A stretch of 64,000 nucleotides of DNA from Octopus sinensis. Taxonomy: Eukaryota. A model generated the notes under the pieces. The model made no database searches and was not told where the DNA came from. It saw nothing but the letters and a program-made list of their open reading frames with translations. The translations under genes and the position numbers were made by a program. The first letter of the stretch is position 1; each line of letters opens with the position of its first letter. Positions 27,267 to 41,400 of this stretch are shown here, piece after piece. The DNA lies in assembly GCF_006345805.1 (NCBI RefSeq), contig NC_043003.1, positions 110,980,001 through 111,044,000 on the forward strand, in the 5' to 3' direction.

Positions 27267-28290
27267 ATTACATTTTGCTGTACTTCAATGTTGGGAGATA
27301 ACGTTTTTCTTAATATTGGGTCATGACGTTTTTCTCCAAGTTCATTATCCACTACAACACGATGAACTCTATCAAGGTTATGATGCTGAAAACCAATAAA
27401 CTGCGGTTCTTTCAAACCCTTTTGAACAAACAGTCTTTGCAACTGAATGATAATGCCGTTTTTTACCCAGTGTTCACACTCGTTGTATCAGCGACAATCA
27501 TGTTTACACAGCTCCATAAATGTCTTTCATCTAAAGTAACAGTATCGGCTTTTCCGTTTGCTAATTGGAGTGCATCTAACTTAAATTCTCTAGCACTTGG
27601 TATTCTTGGTCATTAATAGGTTTACCATCAAAATGCAATGACCAGATTTCTATATGTAGAGATTGTTTCATTTTCTTTTTAAGTTTAACACCTTTTTGAT
27701 AGTTGGTTTGTAAATACCAGATTGGGAAGGAGTCTACATTGATTCCATCTTGAGATAATTGACGACAAAATGTTACTCCATTTCAGTTTGATAGCTTGGA
27801 AGATATTACTAACTTGGTTGCAGTTCTAGTTTTGCAATACTTTCTCCTTGATTGCGTGGATTCTTCATCTGAATTTTCGAACTCTTGATATTCACGTTCA
27901 GTCTCTGTTTCAGTGACGATGATACTGGAGTTTCTCTGGTTGAAGTTGGCATTAAGGACGCTTTACTTCTTTTGGATGGATGGAGAATTTCGAATATGGC
28001 TGCTTTTCCAGTTGCATACCCACCTTATCCCATGCTTTCAGTTTGAAAATTAGATAAACTTCTATTGTCACTGCACAACAGTTTTCCTTTGGGATGTCAA
28101 AACTTCCTTTCAATGAAACGTATTTTCCTCGTTTTACACAGTTTTCGTAAGTAATCAGCACTTTTTCTAATTTTGCTTGTACATCTGGAATTGATAACTA
28201 TCGGAAATTTAATTTCTTTTGACATAAACAAGGTACATCTTTCAAAATTTCCTATGTTCTTTCTCTCCTTCATTTGATGGAACCTCCAAG
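27267..28290 (-). mobile_element. Decayed N-terminal half of a DDE transposase, hAT superfamily (hATm-like)
   Basis: Frameshifted translation: QLSQDGINV, WSLHFDGK..EYQV, KLDALQLANGKADT, LWSCVNMIVADTTSVNTG, QLQRLF..PQFIGFQHHNLDRV (CxHH-type motif). Superfamily assignment is from motif recall. Confidence 0.65.
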
Positions 28291-28369
28291 GAACAGGTAG
28301 CGACTGACAATTTGAAGTGGCAAGAAATTGTCAGACCTTGAGTCACTATGATACTTTTGCTAAATATAA

Positions 28370-28432
<63 letters not shown>

Positions 28433-28816
28433 CCGTGTATGTGTGTTTGTGTTTGCGCGAGTGTGTGTGTTCTAGTGTGTATATGCGCGTGATTGTAGTG
28501 AGAGAGAGGGGGGGAGAGAGAATTTACAGATAATATGAATAGTGTAAATTGAGAAATGTATGCAGAAAGTATGTACTCTCACCGGTAACGCCTACAAAAT
28601 GTTAGACATGGAAAAAAGCTCAACGTATCATATTGTATACTACCTATTATCAATTATATGTAATATCTTAATCTTACGTCATAAATATATCCACTTCGCT
28701 TTTCCATTTTTTCCGCATTCTCCTTCAGGCACATACACCATATTCTTATACACAAATATGCGTTCATGTATATATATCTATGTACGTAACATGTAAACAT
28801 GTGTACGCGTGCATGT

Positions 28817-28880
<64 letters not shown>

Positions 28881-29538
28881 TATATTATATATTAAATTAT
28901 ATATATATAATATATTATATGTATATATTCTATATATATTATGTATATATATCATATATATATATTGTATATATATATCATATATATATTATATATATAT
29001 CATATATATGTATATGTGTGTATGAATGTGTCTATGTATGTATGTATAGGAGGTGCATTTATATCGATATTTTTTAGATTTGTCTGTGTGTAGGTTCATA
29101 AAGAGCGATAGAAATTACATATCAATATAATCCAAAAGAGAAAATTTAGAAACATATAGAACTCAATACGGAATAGCGTTTTATACAATTAAGATAAACT
29201 ACACTAAAATCATATTGAGATTGAAAGGCACATAATTGACTTTTCTTCTAAGAAAATGTTATTGCAAATATGTTTATGCATAATTGCATGTCAAAACATG
29301 AATATAAAGACATTGACATGAAAAGAAACTAGTATCGCATATAATAACATTTTCTATGGTAATATATACAATGAATAATTCTTAGGATAATGTAGTAATT
29401 GCTGTATGCGTTTGTAATCTCTATTATGTTACACGTACTTTTCTGTATATTGTCCTTATACCTCTATATCACTTATTCTTTTTTCTTTTTGCAATATAGA
29501 ATATATCTTTGTGTGAGTGTGTGTATGTTTGAGTGTGC

Positions 29539-29613
<75 letters not shown>

Positions 29614-31249
29614 TTACGCCTACACACGAACGCATGCCCCACATACGCGTGCGCACATATATGTAAACGAAACAGAAATATGCTTTTAAAAGTGAATCGG
29701 TGTGTCCAGTGGTATTTATGTCAGTGAAAAATCGAATAAGTGTACGTGAATAACATGCTAGAGAAATTATTCATGTATTATCTCGTCTTCCAGTGATGAT
29801 CAAGCAAAAGTCGGTGGCAATTAGTGCTAAATTCAAATGCCAATTATTTTATGTTTGAATTTCCAATGGAATTTTTCAACTGAATGACACCGGACATATC
29901 CTTGTGTACTATAAACAAACTGAATTTCTGTCATTCGCTTATTATTCGACTCCACAATTCTTGAGACTTATAATGACGTCCCATCCTGCAGAGTACCTGC
30001 ATACAACTCGTTATACCCCCGTCCTCTAGGAAATCGTATGCTTTTTACAAGAAATATGCATTACAAAATTTCGGACTACTTCTATGTCGTATTTCTGCCG
30101 TTGTTTGTGTTGTATTTCTGTTGAATGCTCTTCCAAATTTACTGCAGTATTAATGTGTTGATGTATCCGTCTATCTGTTCCTAAACGTTTGTGCAGAAAC
30201 TATAACCATGATGATGTAGAGCAGCTACATTTTCATTGGAGATACTAAAAGCATGCGGTAAATATGCTCCCAAATTTAATGAGTGTGGGTAATATTTTTC
30301 GCTATAATTACTTCTTTTTCACCGTTTTCGGTTTTGTCTTTAATATGCATTCAATTCTCAACTGGCAATTATTTTATCGACTCCTAAATAGTGATAGGTA
30401 ATTTTGATCTCATAACGAAGGACGGTCGAAATGCAGCAGGGCATTTTGCTCGACGTGCCTACGATACTACCAGCACGCCGCTTTTTAAGTTAGAATGTTA
30501 AATTTATATAAGTATGTTACAAATATAATATACGAATTAATTTATAAGTATAACATAGTCTGCTTGAAACACTTTACGACACAGCAGTATTTAAATTTGC
30601 AGCATTGTTATTGCACTAAACGTTCGTATTGTTACAATTACTATGTTCATGTTTTGGCTAAATAATTTTAACAGTGAAATAATTTGCTTTCTTTTCTTAT
30701 GTATTGAAACGTGATAAAATAAACAGAAGTTTCTAAAGTTTAATGACTGGCTCACTATAACTGATTTAAAATTAAGTAAAATTAGTATATAACTTTCATG
30801 CATACATTAAATGCTCGATTGGTCATCTGTAGCGCATGAAGTGCACGCTGTATTACTAAGAGTGAAATTTAACTCAAAATATTTAATACACTACTCATAC
30901 TACAGTAATACGCTTATAATGAAATGAAGAAAAAAATCTGATAGATATATTTCACATGTAGAATAAATATTTTAATTAATAAAATCAAAAATCCAAGGAA
31001 ACTGGTGTTGCTCATACTCATTAATATCTGATTTCTAAAAAATTTCGGGCAAGGGTTCATTAAGTTCATATATGTCCTCTTCATCGAGGTCTCACTCTAT
31101 TAAGATTTCTCATCGCAATGTTGTTCTCTAGATGTCCGAAAATAAGTCATTTAACTCGTCAAAGGAAATCAACTCTCTGAACTCTTCTTAGGAATCGGTA
31201 TGAGAATTTATCACGACTTGGTAAAGTTCGTGAGCTTCAGTGATATGTT

Positions 31250-31470
31250 CCTTCTCAAGCCATACCTGGCTCTTAAGGGCCGGTTTCCCGATTTCCTTCG
31301 CGTATATGTCCCCCACCTGGACAGGACGCCGGTCCGTCGCAGGTGAGCTGCAAGATGCAGGAGGAAAGAGTGAGATAAAGATGTAGCGAAAGAGTCAGCA
31401 GAAGTTCGCACTTACATTCTGCCGGAGCCGCGTGGAGCTTAGGTGTTTCGCTCGTAAACACACACATGAA
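31250..31470. mobile_element. SINE-like repeat (third family, related to 49640-49925)
   Basis: gggccggtttcccg...gtgagataaagatgtagcgaaagagtcagcagaag...gccgcgtggagcttaggtgtttcgctc-taaacac; shared segment with 49770-49865. Confidence 0.65.
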
Positions 31471-33340
31471 GTAAAAGAACGGTTCGAAAATATGTACAAG
31501 GTTAAAATAGTTGCCTTAAACCTTATTAGTTATATTACCGTTCGGAATATTGTAATCAAAGATAAAATATGATTAGTCGCTTCTTTGTTCTTTATTTTTC
31601 TTTTATAACACGCAATTACAAGGCGCCACACCTTATATCAAAAATATAAGAAATATGTTTATGAAAGTCATATGAGAATATACTCATAACATCAAAGGTT
31701 TGGAAAATATGTAGATGAATAAAATCTATTCCTAGAAGCAATATGGTTTTATTACATGGACAAGAAGAAATAATTGAAATATTTGTTTAACAAGTATGTT
31801 GACTCCATGAAGAAATATTTTCTATGACACAAAAAATGACTGAAAAGGCCTTGGGAATATCGCATTGAATCTTATAAACTAAAATAGAGAAGAGATTTGA
31901 TAGATCGATTGAACGCCGATATTACAAAGGCAACATCATCAATATTCTGCTAGTGTAAACTAAATGAATTTGAAGAGTTAAATAAATAACTTTAATGTAG
32001 TAACAGCTACGATACGCGAGACCATAGGACAGTATATCTGCTCTTAAACAAATGTACGATAGAAGAAATACTAGTCAAGTTCATAAAGTACTGTTATAAT
32101 ATATTATAACTTAATTAGATATTACTATGTTAGTAAGCTTAGTTAATAAGAGGGTGGAAAATTCTTATATTAAACGTCATAAAATAAAATTAAAGAGAAA
32201 ATGTAGAGGAGGGAAAGATGAGATAAATCAGGTGTCATTCACAGGTTAGCGTAATCTATTGAAACACTTTTTGGGTTTGATGTTTGTCCCCTTCTATTTT
32301 TGACTTTCTTTTGTATATTCTATGCAAACATTACAATCTATAAAATGCTGCAAATATATTAGTATGATATATTTATATTATATTTTTAATCAATATTATT
32401 ATGGTTTGTATTTCTATATTTTTCGTTGTAAATTACATGGAACACTAGATAAAATATATTTATTTATAGAAATATTTATGTACACAGAATTTATTATACA
32501 CAGATACCTAAAATATGTATTATACAAGTCCCTCCTTACTACTATGCCACATAATATCATAAGCTAAAATTATAATATATAGATATTGATATGCAAAGAG
32601 GAACTACATTTTGAGTTTTTATGGACTGAAAATATTGATGAACAATTACACTGGGCAAAGAAGAAATCAATACAAAAATACAATTTTACGGCATTTATTC
32701 GATGATATCGAATTATCTAATCATTTTTACACAGAATTTTCGTTGATATTTAATTTAGTATATTTTGGTATCCAATTATTTCTATCCATGTGCTAATATC
32801 GTGGATTGACATATAATGTATAACAAACTTCTTGACTTCTTTCATTGTTTATTATATGTGGTAGAACAACAGAATAAATACTATGCTACACTTTCACCAT
32901 TTTATTATATGGTGACATCGTCAAAAACGGAATAAGTCGGTATTTTAAAATTAGAGAAGCTTATAGTATTCGATTTCAGATCCAATCACACGTTTAGATT
33001 TTGAAATTTTCTCCTAAAAATGTAAGTTGGGACATGCTAGTCAAGAGGATTATCGTATATAAAAATACTTCAGAAGCTGATAGGTAGTATATAAAGAACG
33101 AAAAGATTTTCAGATTTATACTTTATTCATTAAAACAGTAAATACAGTTGTTTGACAACAATTCCTATTTATATACATGTGTGTGAGTATGTGTGTATGC
33201 GTGTGCGTGAGTATTTGTACATATATATATATATATACACATAAAGTGATAGATAGATAATTAGACAGACAGACAGACAGACAGACAGATAGAGGGATAG
33301 TCGTTTGTATGTATGCATATATATATATGTAATACTAAAG

Positions 33341-33500
33341 AAGGCGGTGAGCTGGCAGAATCGTTAACAGACCCAGGTTAAAAGCTTAGCGACATTTCAT
33401 CAGTCTTTATAATCTGCGTTCAAATTTGCCGAAACGACTCTACTTGTTATCCTTTCGCAATCGATTAAGTAAGTTCCAGTGTATGCAAAAACGAATAAAA
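33341..33500 (+). mobile_element. SINE, family of 4329-4545
   Basis: ggcggtgagctggcagaatcgttaac...gcgttcaaatttgccga. Confidence 0.75.
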
Positions 33501-33739
33501 AAAGATAATTCAAAAGTAATCGAATAAATGCCATAAAAGAGTATTTTTGTATTCATTTCTTATTTGCCCAGAGTAATTGGTCATTTTGTTTTGGCCTTTA
33601 CTTACATATTTCGATATAATCGACTTTCCGTCCCGAAATTGCTTAGCCTTAAGCAAACATTTGAAACAATTATTATAAATAATAAAATAAAGTTGAGCGA
33701 TGTTCTTTTTAGTCCGTGGTAGGTTTTCGTATCGTTTCC

Positions 33740-33880
33740 TTCTTCTTCTTCTTCTTCTTCTTCTTCTTCTTCTTCTTCTTCTTCTTCTTCTTCTTCTTCT
33801 TCTTCTTCTTCTTCTTCTTCTTCTTCTTCTTCTTCTTCTTCTTCTTCTTCTTCTTCTTCTTCTTTTTCTTCTCCTTCTTC
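33740..33880. repeat. (TTC)n microsatellite, ~40 pure units
   Basis: Direct reading; source of the poly-E/K/L/F ORFs. Confidence 0.98.
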
Positions 33881-34145
33881 GTGCTTTTCCTTTTTTTTTT
33901 TAATCGCAGTGTAAATAAGTTGGTCATAATAGAGCGTTTTGAAATCTATTGACTGGCAAAACACGTAAAAAGTTAGTCACAAGTAAATTCATACATATGA
34001 ATTTATTATGAATATAGAGTATATAACTGTGATTTTCTTAGGCCGTTCAACTGTGTATATATTGCTTGTCCACCTTCCTTATTTTTCATATTCTCGATAC
34101 AAATACACCCCCACCCATATGGAATATGAAATATGTATGTATATG

Positions 34146-34246
<101 letters not shown>

Positions 34247-34853
34247 GGTCATAAGAGATAATGGTGCCAGTAAACCCCAAATGTGTCAGGCGATGCTGAG
34301 TAAGTGCTATAGATGGATCATAGTTAAGCCACAGGATCGGTGATTGTGTGAATAAGGGGTCCGATGTAGGTCATATATCAGCATGTAACCATTTTCTCAT
34401 ACCGTCTCCGATGAAGGTATATAATAAATATCCTGGAAACACCTGTAAAACATTCTAGTTATAAATGTTCTAAAATCTTCACACTCTTCTATTTTTTATC
34501 TCATTCTGAAAATAATTATATATATTTACATATATATACATACATATATAGGATAACATTTTCGAAAAAGTTTTATCATTGATAGAATTTCTTCGAAAAT
34601 TTTATCCTGTATTAGATGTAAATTTAATACTATTCACTTCCGGATTCTCTCACTCTATGAGAGTTTTCAGTCCGATCACACCTGTCTCGAGGTATGCTGT
34701 GGAATTCTATTTTGGATATATTTGGGGTATTTAATGTGTTCATGACTTAGTGTTTACTTCTTCTATGGGTTCAAGTAAGTATCCCATTTATTTTCTTATC
34801 GTATTTATCGCTGATGACGAGAAAATTCTAAATGAATTAACTCAGAAATTGGG

Positions 34854-34938
<85 letters not shown>

Positions 34939-34940
34939 AT

Positions 34941-34984
<44 letters not shown>

Positions 34985-35314
34985 ATTATATATGGCCGCA
35001 GCTCTGAGCTGAAACTAGTAAAAAATCTATATATATACATACATACATAAACATACATACGTACTACATGTATATGTTCATACATACTTGAGAATGTATC
35101 TAGGTATATATATATATATACATATGTCTCTGTAAACAATAACTTTCTAATTCTGACTTGAAAGACTTCACCAGGTGGTGCTATTAAGTTAGACATGGCC
35201 TGGCCAATAATGGCCGAAACCTATCAAAGTATCAAAGTATCAAAGTATACATATAGATATATATTTATATGCATATTTATATTATACACACAAACACACA
35301 CATATATATATAAT

Positions 35315-35372
<58 letters not shown>

Positions 35373-36104
35373 CATCCATTCACTCATGAGAATTTAAAAG
35401 CGAATACCGAATTTAGCATACTTTACAGTCATTATTTAAACGTATATTTAAACTAAGGATTCCATTACTATTCGAGCAATTCATAACAATTTATATTCAT
35501 CTGAAATACCTCTTAGTAACAAAAACTTCCGTTTATATGATCTGTACGAATGATTGTATATGTTTGCGTGATGAGCTCGCTTGTGTTTGTGTGTATGTGT
35601 GTGTGTGTGTGCGCGCGTGTGTGATGACCATACTGGTCTGTGTGTGTGCGTATGCACACATGTGTGTGTGTGTGAGTGCTGTCATGATTTGTATGTGTAA
35701 ATAGTTTACATATTCTAGGTTATTTTTCACTTTAAATTATTTCGAAAAGTTTACATACGAAGTAATATTAAGAAATATTGATTTGTTAAAAGATTTACGT
35801 ATTTCCTCGACGCATTATACAGTAGAATTCTCTATTTCATTTACAATATTGCATTTCTTATCAGTGTGATTTACTAAATTACATCTGTGTGAGCACACAC
35901 ACGCCCACTCACATAAACGCTCACAGACACACACACATATACAGGCACATACACTCAGAAAGGCGCACTCATATAGCTTTCATCTTCTATTTTTCACGGG
36001 TTTCAACACATGGCTGGGGTCACGCTGGTACACATTCATATAATTTCTTTTCTGTGTGTGTGTGTACAACGCTACTTAGTAAATATATACTCGTATACAT
36101 GCAG

Positions 36105-36261
36105 ACGTGGCTGAGTGCTGAGAAGTTTTCTTCCCAAACACAGAGTTCCGTATTTAGTACCGGTGCGTGACGCTATCGGCACATATCTCCTACAGTAGCG
36201 TTGGGCCGACGAAGGCTTTGTGGCTGTAGTTGGTGGCGGAAACCGAAAGAAGCCCATTATG

Positions 36262-36303
<42 letters not shown>

Positions 36304-36720
36304 TGTTGAAATTTACAAAAAAACAAAAGAAGAAGAAAGTTGTCTAAACAAGAAGCATGAGTGTTATGTTTGACCCTAGGCAACGTGAGAAAGTATCTTA
36401 CGTTTCGAGCTTACGCTGTATATGTGTGTGTATGTATGTAGGTATTTTATATCAATATATTTATATTTATAAGTACGTGTGTGTGTAAGTGTGTGTCTGT
36501 GTGTCTTTGCGTCTGTGTTTGTTTCCGCTGTCCACTTGACAAGAGTTATAGGTTTGTTTTTGTCCTTGTTCCATAGCGGTTTATTAAAAAGAGACCGATC
36601 GTACAAGACTTAAAAAGAGAAATACTGGCATCGATTCATTCGACAAAAAATGTTCGTCGAGGCGGTGCTCCACCATGGCCAGTGTCTAATTACTGAAACA
36701 GGTGAAAGATAAAAGTTACA
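36105..36720 (+). mobile_element. tRNA-derived SINE split by microsatellites
   Basis: Head gtggctgagtgctgagaagtttt... to aagaagccc, then a TA/TG tract, then the tail aaaagagaccgat...ggtgctccaccatggcc...actgaaaca. Confidence 0.7.
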
Positions 36721-36926
36721 TACACACATAAATATGTAGATATACTTATATCACACACATGCACATATACATGCACACACACTCACAAACACACACACAT
36801 ATAATACATACATAATACATATATACATATAGCGAGGTATTGTTATCTAGAAGACCCTAAGAGTGTTAGGTAACGCTAAGTGATATGGACAGACTAGTTA
36901 AACACTTGGGTCTATAATGGGCATGC

Positions 36927-37000
<74 letters not shown>

Positions 37001-37029
37001 TGAAAAAAGCATTTTAAAATTGATGTGAA

Positions 37030-37430
37030 TTATTTTATTGTAGGTATATATAATATTTTTGTTAGTGTTTCTTTTTATTTGTTGGTTGGAGCTGTTGGAT
37101 GTATATTCGATCATAGATTGTACTCATTAATAAATTGTCTTTGTTGTTGGTTGAAAGAATCTGAGCCACTTGTAGTGGGGAAATATTTTGAAGTTGAGTA
37201 ATTCCATTTCTGCATAGGTTGCAATGTGACTGCTGAAAGGAATTGTCTCGTTTATTTGGCTGATGGGTCGCCATTGTGTTGCGTAGCGATCTGCCCGCCT
37301 GACATGTAATTATGTTGGCAACATTGCATTTGATTACGTAGATTAGATTTTCTGTGTTGTTGGTGATATTAGATTTAACATTGAGGGTTTGGCCGGCTTT
37401 GTATTCAGACCGAATGACATAACAAAGCCA
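37030..37430 (-). mobile_element. Penelope-like element 3' fragment (GIY-YIG endonuclease)
   Basis: GQTLNVKSNITNNTENLIYVIKC...GRSLRN..TH, then (frameshift) PFSSHIA...FKIFPHYK; ends near the (TA)n tract at 36930-37000. Confidence 0.75.
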
Positions 37431-37990
37431 AGGCTGTGAGGAGTTTTCGCGACATTTATCAGAAAATAAAGCGACTACATTTTTTGACGGTGTTGGACCC
37501 TAAGACCACTCCAAAAAACACTGAACCATGGCAAACGGGCCCAGAAACAAAAAAAAAAAAACATTTTTGATTCCACAAACTAATTGTATGCTTTCTGCCC
37601 ACCAACCAAACTTCCACACTATTTCTAAAAATAGCAACAATCCTTGCCAAACACATATACAAGACTGGAAATGAAGAAATAACGTTGGTCATTCCCCTAA
37701 AATACTTAAATATGATTTCTGATAGAGTTTTGACTAAGCAATATAAGCGTTCTCCTATCAAATACTGTTTACAAATTCTTTCTATATATATGCTTCTATA
37801 CAAGCTTGATTTTTGGTGAACTTACAGATAATTATGAATTTAATTTGCTACCAATTTTGAACACTTTTATGTAAACTGTTTAAACAAAAAGACCTCTTCA
37901 CATTTACTTATTATTGTCGAAGATTGTATCACGGTATTTTAATACATCCATGATAACCTTTCTTTAAAACACACGCACACACACACATAT

Positions 37991-38024
<34 letters not shown>

Positions 38025-39529
38025 TATATATATATATGAATATATACTATGTATATGTATGTTGGTGGTCTCGAATGGAGGAAGCAATGTTGGTGTCTTA
38101 CAGCTGCAGATCGCCAGGGATTGTCAGGTGGAGAAGCATCAATGATCCTCATTAAACTCCGACTTGATGGCCCCTTGCATCACAACATGGTACCATTCTT
38201 CCACTCGTGTGCCAAACCAAATGAGGTGTTAATTTGCATTACTAGATGAAATACACTGGTAAGTCTTCCCAGTGGATCACCTGCTAAGTCTCAGGAACGT
38301 GCTCACATGAATGGCCAATGGTTCAGCACCGAAGCCTATCTCAAAAACAGGCATACGGATGTGCCTACACTGCGCATGATACATACATGATGATAATAAC
38401 CTGATCATAACCCATAAACGATCGGTTGACTCCTTGTTTAACCTCAAAAAGCGGAAATCCAGAGGGCTGAGGCAGGTGATAAAATACGTGGTGATGTTAT
38501 CAACGAATGCTCCAACACGACACAGTCAAGGGTTGGGAAGGAAAGAATGTGTGTGGTGCATGAATTTTACTGTTGCATTTATATACTTAATTTTCATAGG
38601 AATATCTGATGTTCATTAAGTAGTATCGACAATGAAGTCCGTATAGCTTCATAAATTTCCTTTAAAATTATAGTATAATCATATTGAACTTTATATCTCC
38701 TTGAAACGTAGTCAAATCGATTATACGCACTGATGTGATATATTAACACCTATGAATAAAATATAATTATTGCCTTAGGTCTTAATTTTACGTTGCGTTT
38801 ATGATATGAGTTTCACCTATCCTTAGGACTTGCGAATGTTGTACTTCTTATATAATCATTAAACAAATTCTAATTCCACTATCTATATCGATACGATTTT
38901 TCTCGAGAGAGAAAATTAAAATATTAGCCTCAACAATAAATTAAATATTTTCCAAACACTGGCAAGTAATAATATGCATTGATGTGTGATTATTTCCATA
39001 AATTGCTGCACTCCATTAGAAATATGAAATATATTCTGGTTTCCTACGGGAAGAAAACATCAAATTGTAATTCATTTCCTTAAAAGCGAATTGCAAAAGT
39101 ATGGCGTCATAAATCAAGAATTCAATGATATTTCGAAATAACTAATCTACTAAAAACTCCTGCACTCACCGTATAGAATATGGAAAATTTATAGACATGT
39201 AAAAAGAGCATATAAAAATAACAAAGTAAGACCATGCCTTTATATACACTTACGCATACACTGATAAGCACACAACATACACAAATTCACCCGCAAAGAC
39301 TGAAACACACACAGACACACACATGTGTACACATACGAAATATACAAGAACATGTCTGTCAATGTCAATGTGTCTATAGATTCATGTACATTATATATAT
39401 ATATATATATATATATATGACACACACGTACGCATGTGATATATGGACATAAATGTATATATGTGATATATATATATATATATATGATGGACACACACAA
39501 AAACACGTACACACAAACATACGTATCAT

Positions 39530-39600
<71 letters not shown>

Positions 39601-39873
39601 ACATATATGTTAGTTTTAAAGAATCGAAAGAAACTTTTCCATGATACTAAACTGACTTTTTTTCATATAGCCTCTTGACTCCTGCAACAGCAGAAAAACA
39701 TGAATTATAAGATGGTAAGGAAGATAAATTAAGTGTATTTGTCCACCACCAGCGCTTCACAACTACCGTTGGTGTGTTCATGTTCCTGTATATAATGACA
39801 TCGAATTATTCATTCGACTATTCGGTGAAATACAATGACAGTAATGTAATGACTAAAACAAGGAAAAGATAAA

Positions 39874-39906
<33 letters not shown>

Positions 39907-40239
39907 ACACACACACACATGTATATATATATATATATATATATATATGGATCAAAACAGTTTGGTTCAACTTCGTTGGTATCTTTGAGTTTCAGTCATT
40001 TTTAATTTGAATGACAGAAACTGATTGTTATTATCGTAAGTTAGGCTTCGATTCGTAGAGGTCACGTTGTACCGTGCGTTGATAAAACTACATCAATGAC
40101 AACATAAATAACAACATCAAACCACGACACCGCGAGACAGTCCCAGACCAATCGTAGCCCATCTTACGGAAATCTAGTCTGAAAGTTAGTCGTACTTCCT
40201 ATCTAAATATTTTTTGATTCACTAAGGGCTTAAGCCTCA

Positions 40240-40600
40240 ACTTTATCTATAACATTTCTCCTTAAACGGAATCCAATGTCTTTCAATGCTGTATTATAAA
40301 AGGATGCAAATTTATAAAAAATCCCTTCGCTTGCAGATAAGTTAGAGATTATTATCGACACACCTTTTTACTACCCCATTAATAACACCTGGAGATGATT
40401 TGATAAGGCGTGGATAAACTTAATGATTTTATTAAGCTTTTGGTAAAATTAAAATAAGCCATTATCTACATTTAATTCAGGGACAGTGGATTCAATAGGA
40501 AGATATATTACGAATACAATATTTAAAGATTTTAAAGATAAGTTAGGTAAACGGTTTCCAATTATTGCGAAATTAAACATCGACACACCTTCCATGAACA
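40240..40600 (-). mobile_element. Penelope-like RT thumb fragment (inverted relative to its continuation)
   Basis: ELNVDNGLF*FYQKLNKIIKFIHALSNH...KGVSIIISNLSASEGIFYKFASFYNTALKDIGF. Confidence 0.7.
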
Positions 40601-40699
40601 ACACCTTCGAGCATAAGAACTAACACCATAATAAAATATACTATATGTCATTTAATTACAATAATGATATCTATAATATCTATATTGTGCACAGTAGGA

Positions 40700-41400
40700 A
40701 CAACTCGGTGAGGAAACGGGAAATTATCTGGTTAACCCCTCTTTTTTCTCTCTAAGTAAGACACCTTTCTAAATTATTTTTATGGTTATTGGCAGAAAGT
40801 TCTCTTTAGGCCAGAAATATCATTCCGTCTTTAATAGATCCTACCTTAAATAATCATACTCAACCACACCCAGTCTAGAAGTTATAATTGCGGCTAACAA
40901 TAAATTTAAACTTAAAAATAACAGTATTGTTTAAGATGACAATATAGCTGACCTTAATATAAAGAATAAAAGCAAAAATCCTGATTTTAAAGATATAATG
41001 TCAAAGCATAAATAAAACTTGTAATCGCCGTAACAGGGAATTTTGTCCCTTAATGGGATTCTTTTTAAGGAGAAATGCCATATATAAAGTTAAGGTTTCA
41101 ACGTTTAGTGAATCACATAAAAAATCTACATAGGAAGTACGACTGCTTTTGAAGCTAGATATAGGGAACACACAATTCATTTATCTTTCAAAAACAAGAG
41201 ATTCAACTGCACTAGCTACCCACGCGAATAAATTAAAAATGCAAACGGAAACCACACTATACGATACACACAAAAGAGACTGCACATTATGCACAAAAGA
41301 AGCGATCTATAATCTCCGTGCTGAGAAAAACACTTTACTTAACAAGATCTAGGATGTGATTATTCCTTGTAGACATGCATATTTATCAACTTCTAATTTT
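40700..41400 (+). mobile_element. Penelope-like linker plus GIY-YIG fragment
   Basis: RKREIIWLTPLFSL..KLFLWLL, LK*SYSTTPSLEVIIAANN, KTCNRRNREFCPL..NAIYKVKV, STALATHANKLK..CTLCTKE..LLNK..IIPCRH. Confidence 0.75.

Noticed and set aside
31620-32100. Possible hAT transposase C-terminal relic (KRFDRSIERRYY..INILL)
   Set aside because: Many stops and only a vague motif resemblance.
33602-33964. Poly-E/K/L/F ORFs
   Set aside because: (TTC)n microsatellite.
38050-38600. GC-richer block with broken frames (GAFVDNITTYF)
   Set aside because: Possibly a very old LINE RT relic, but the motifs are too weak to call.
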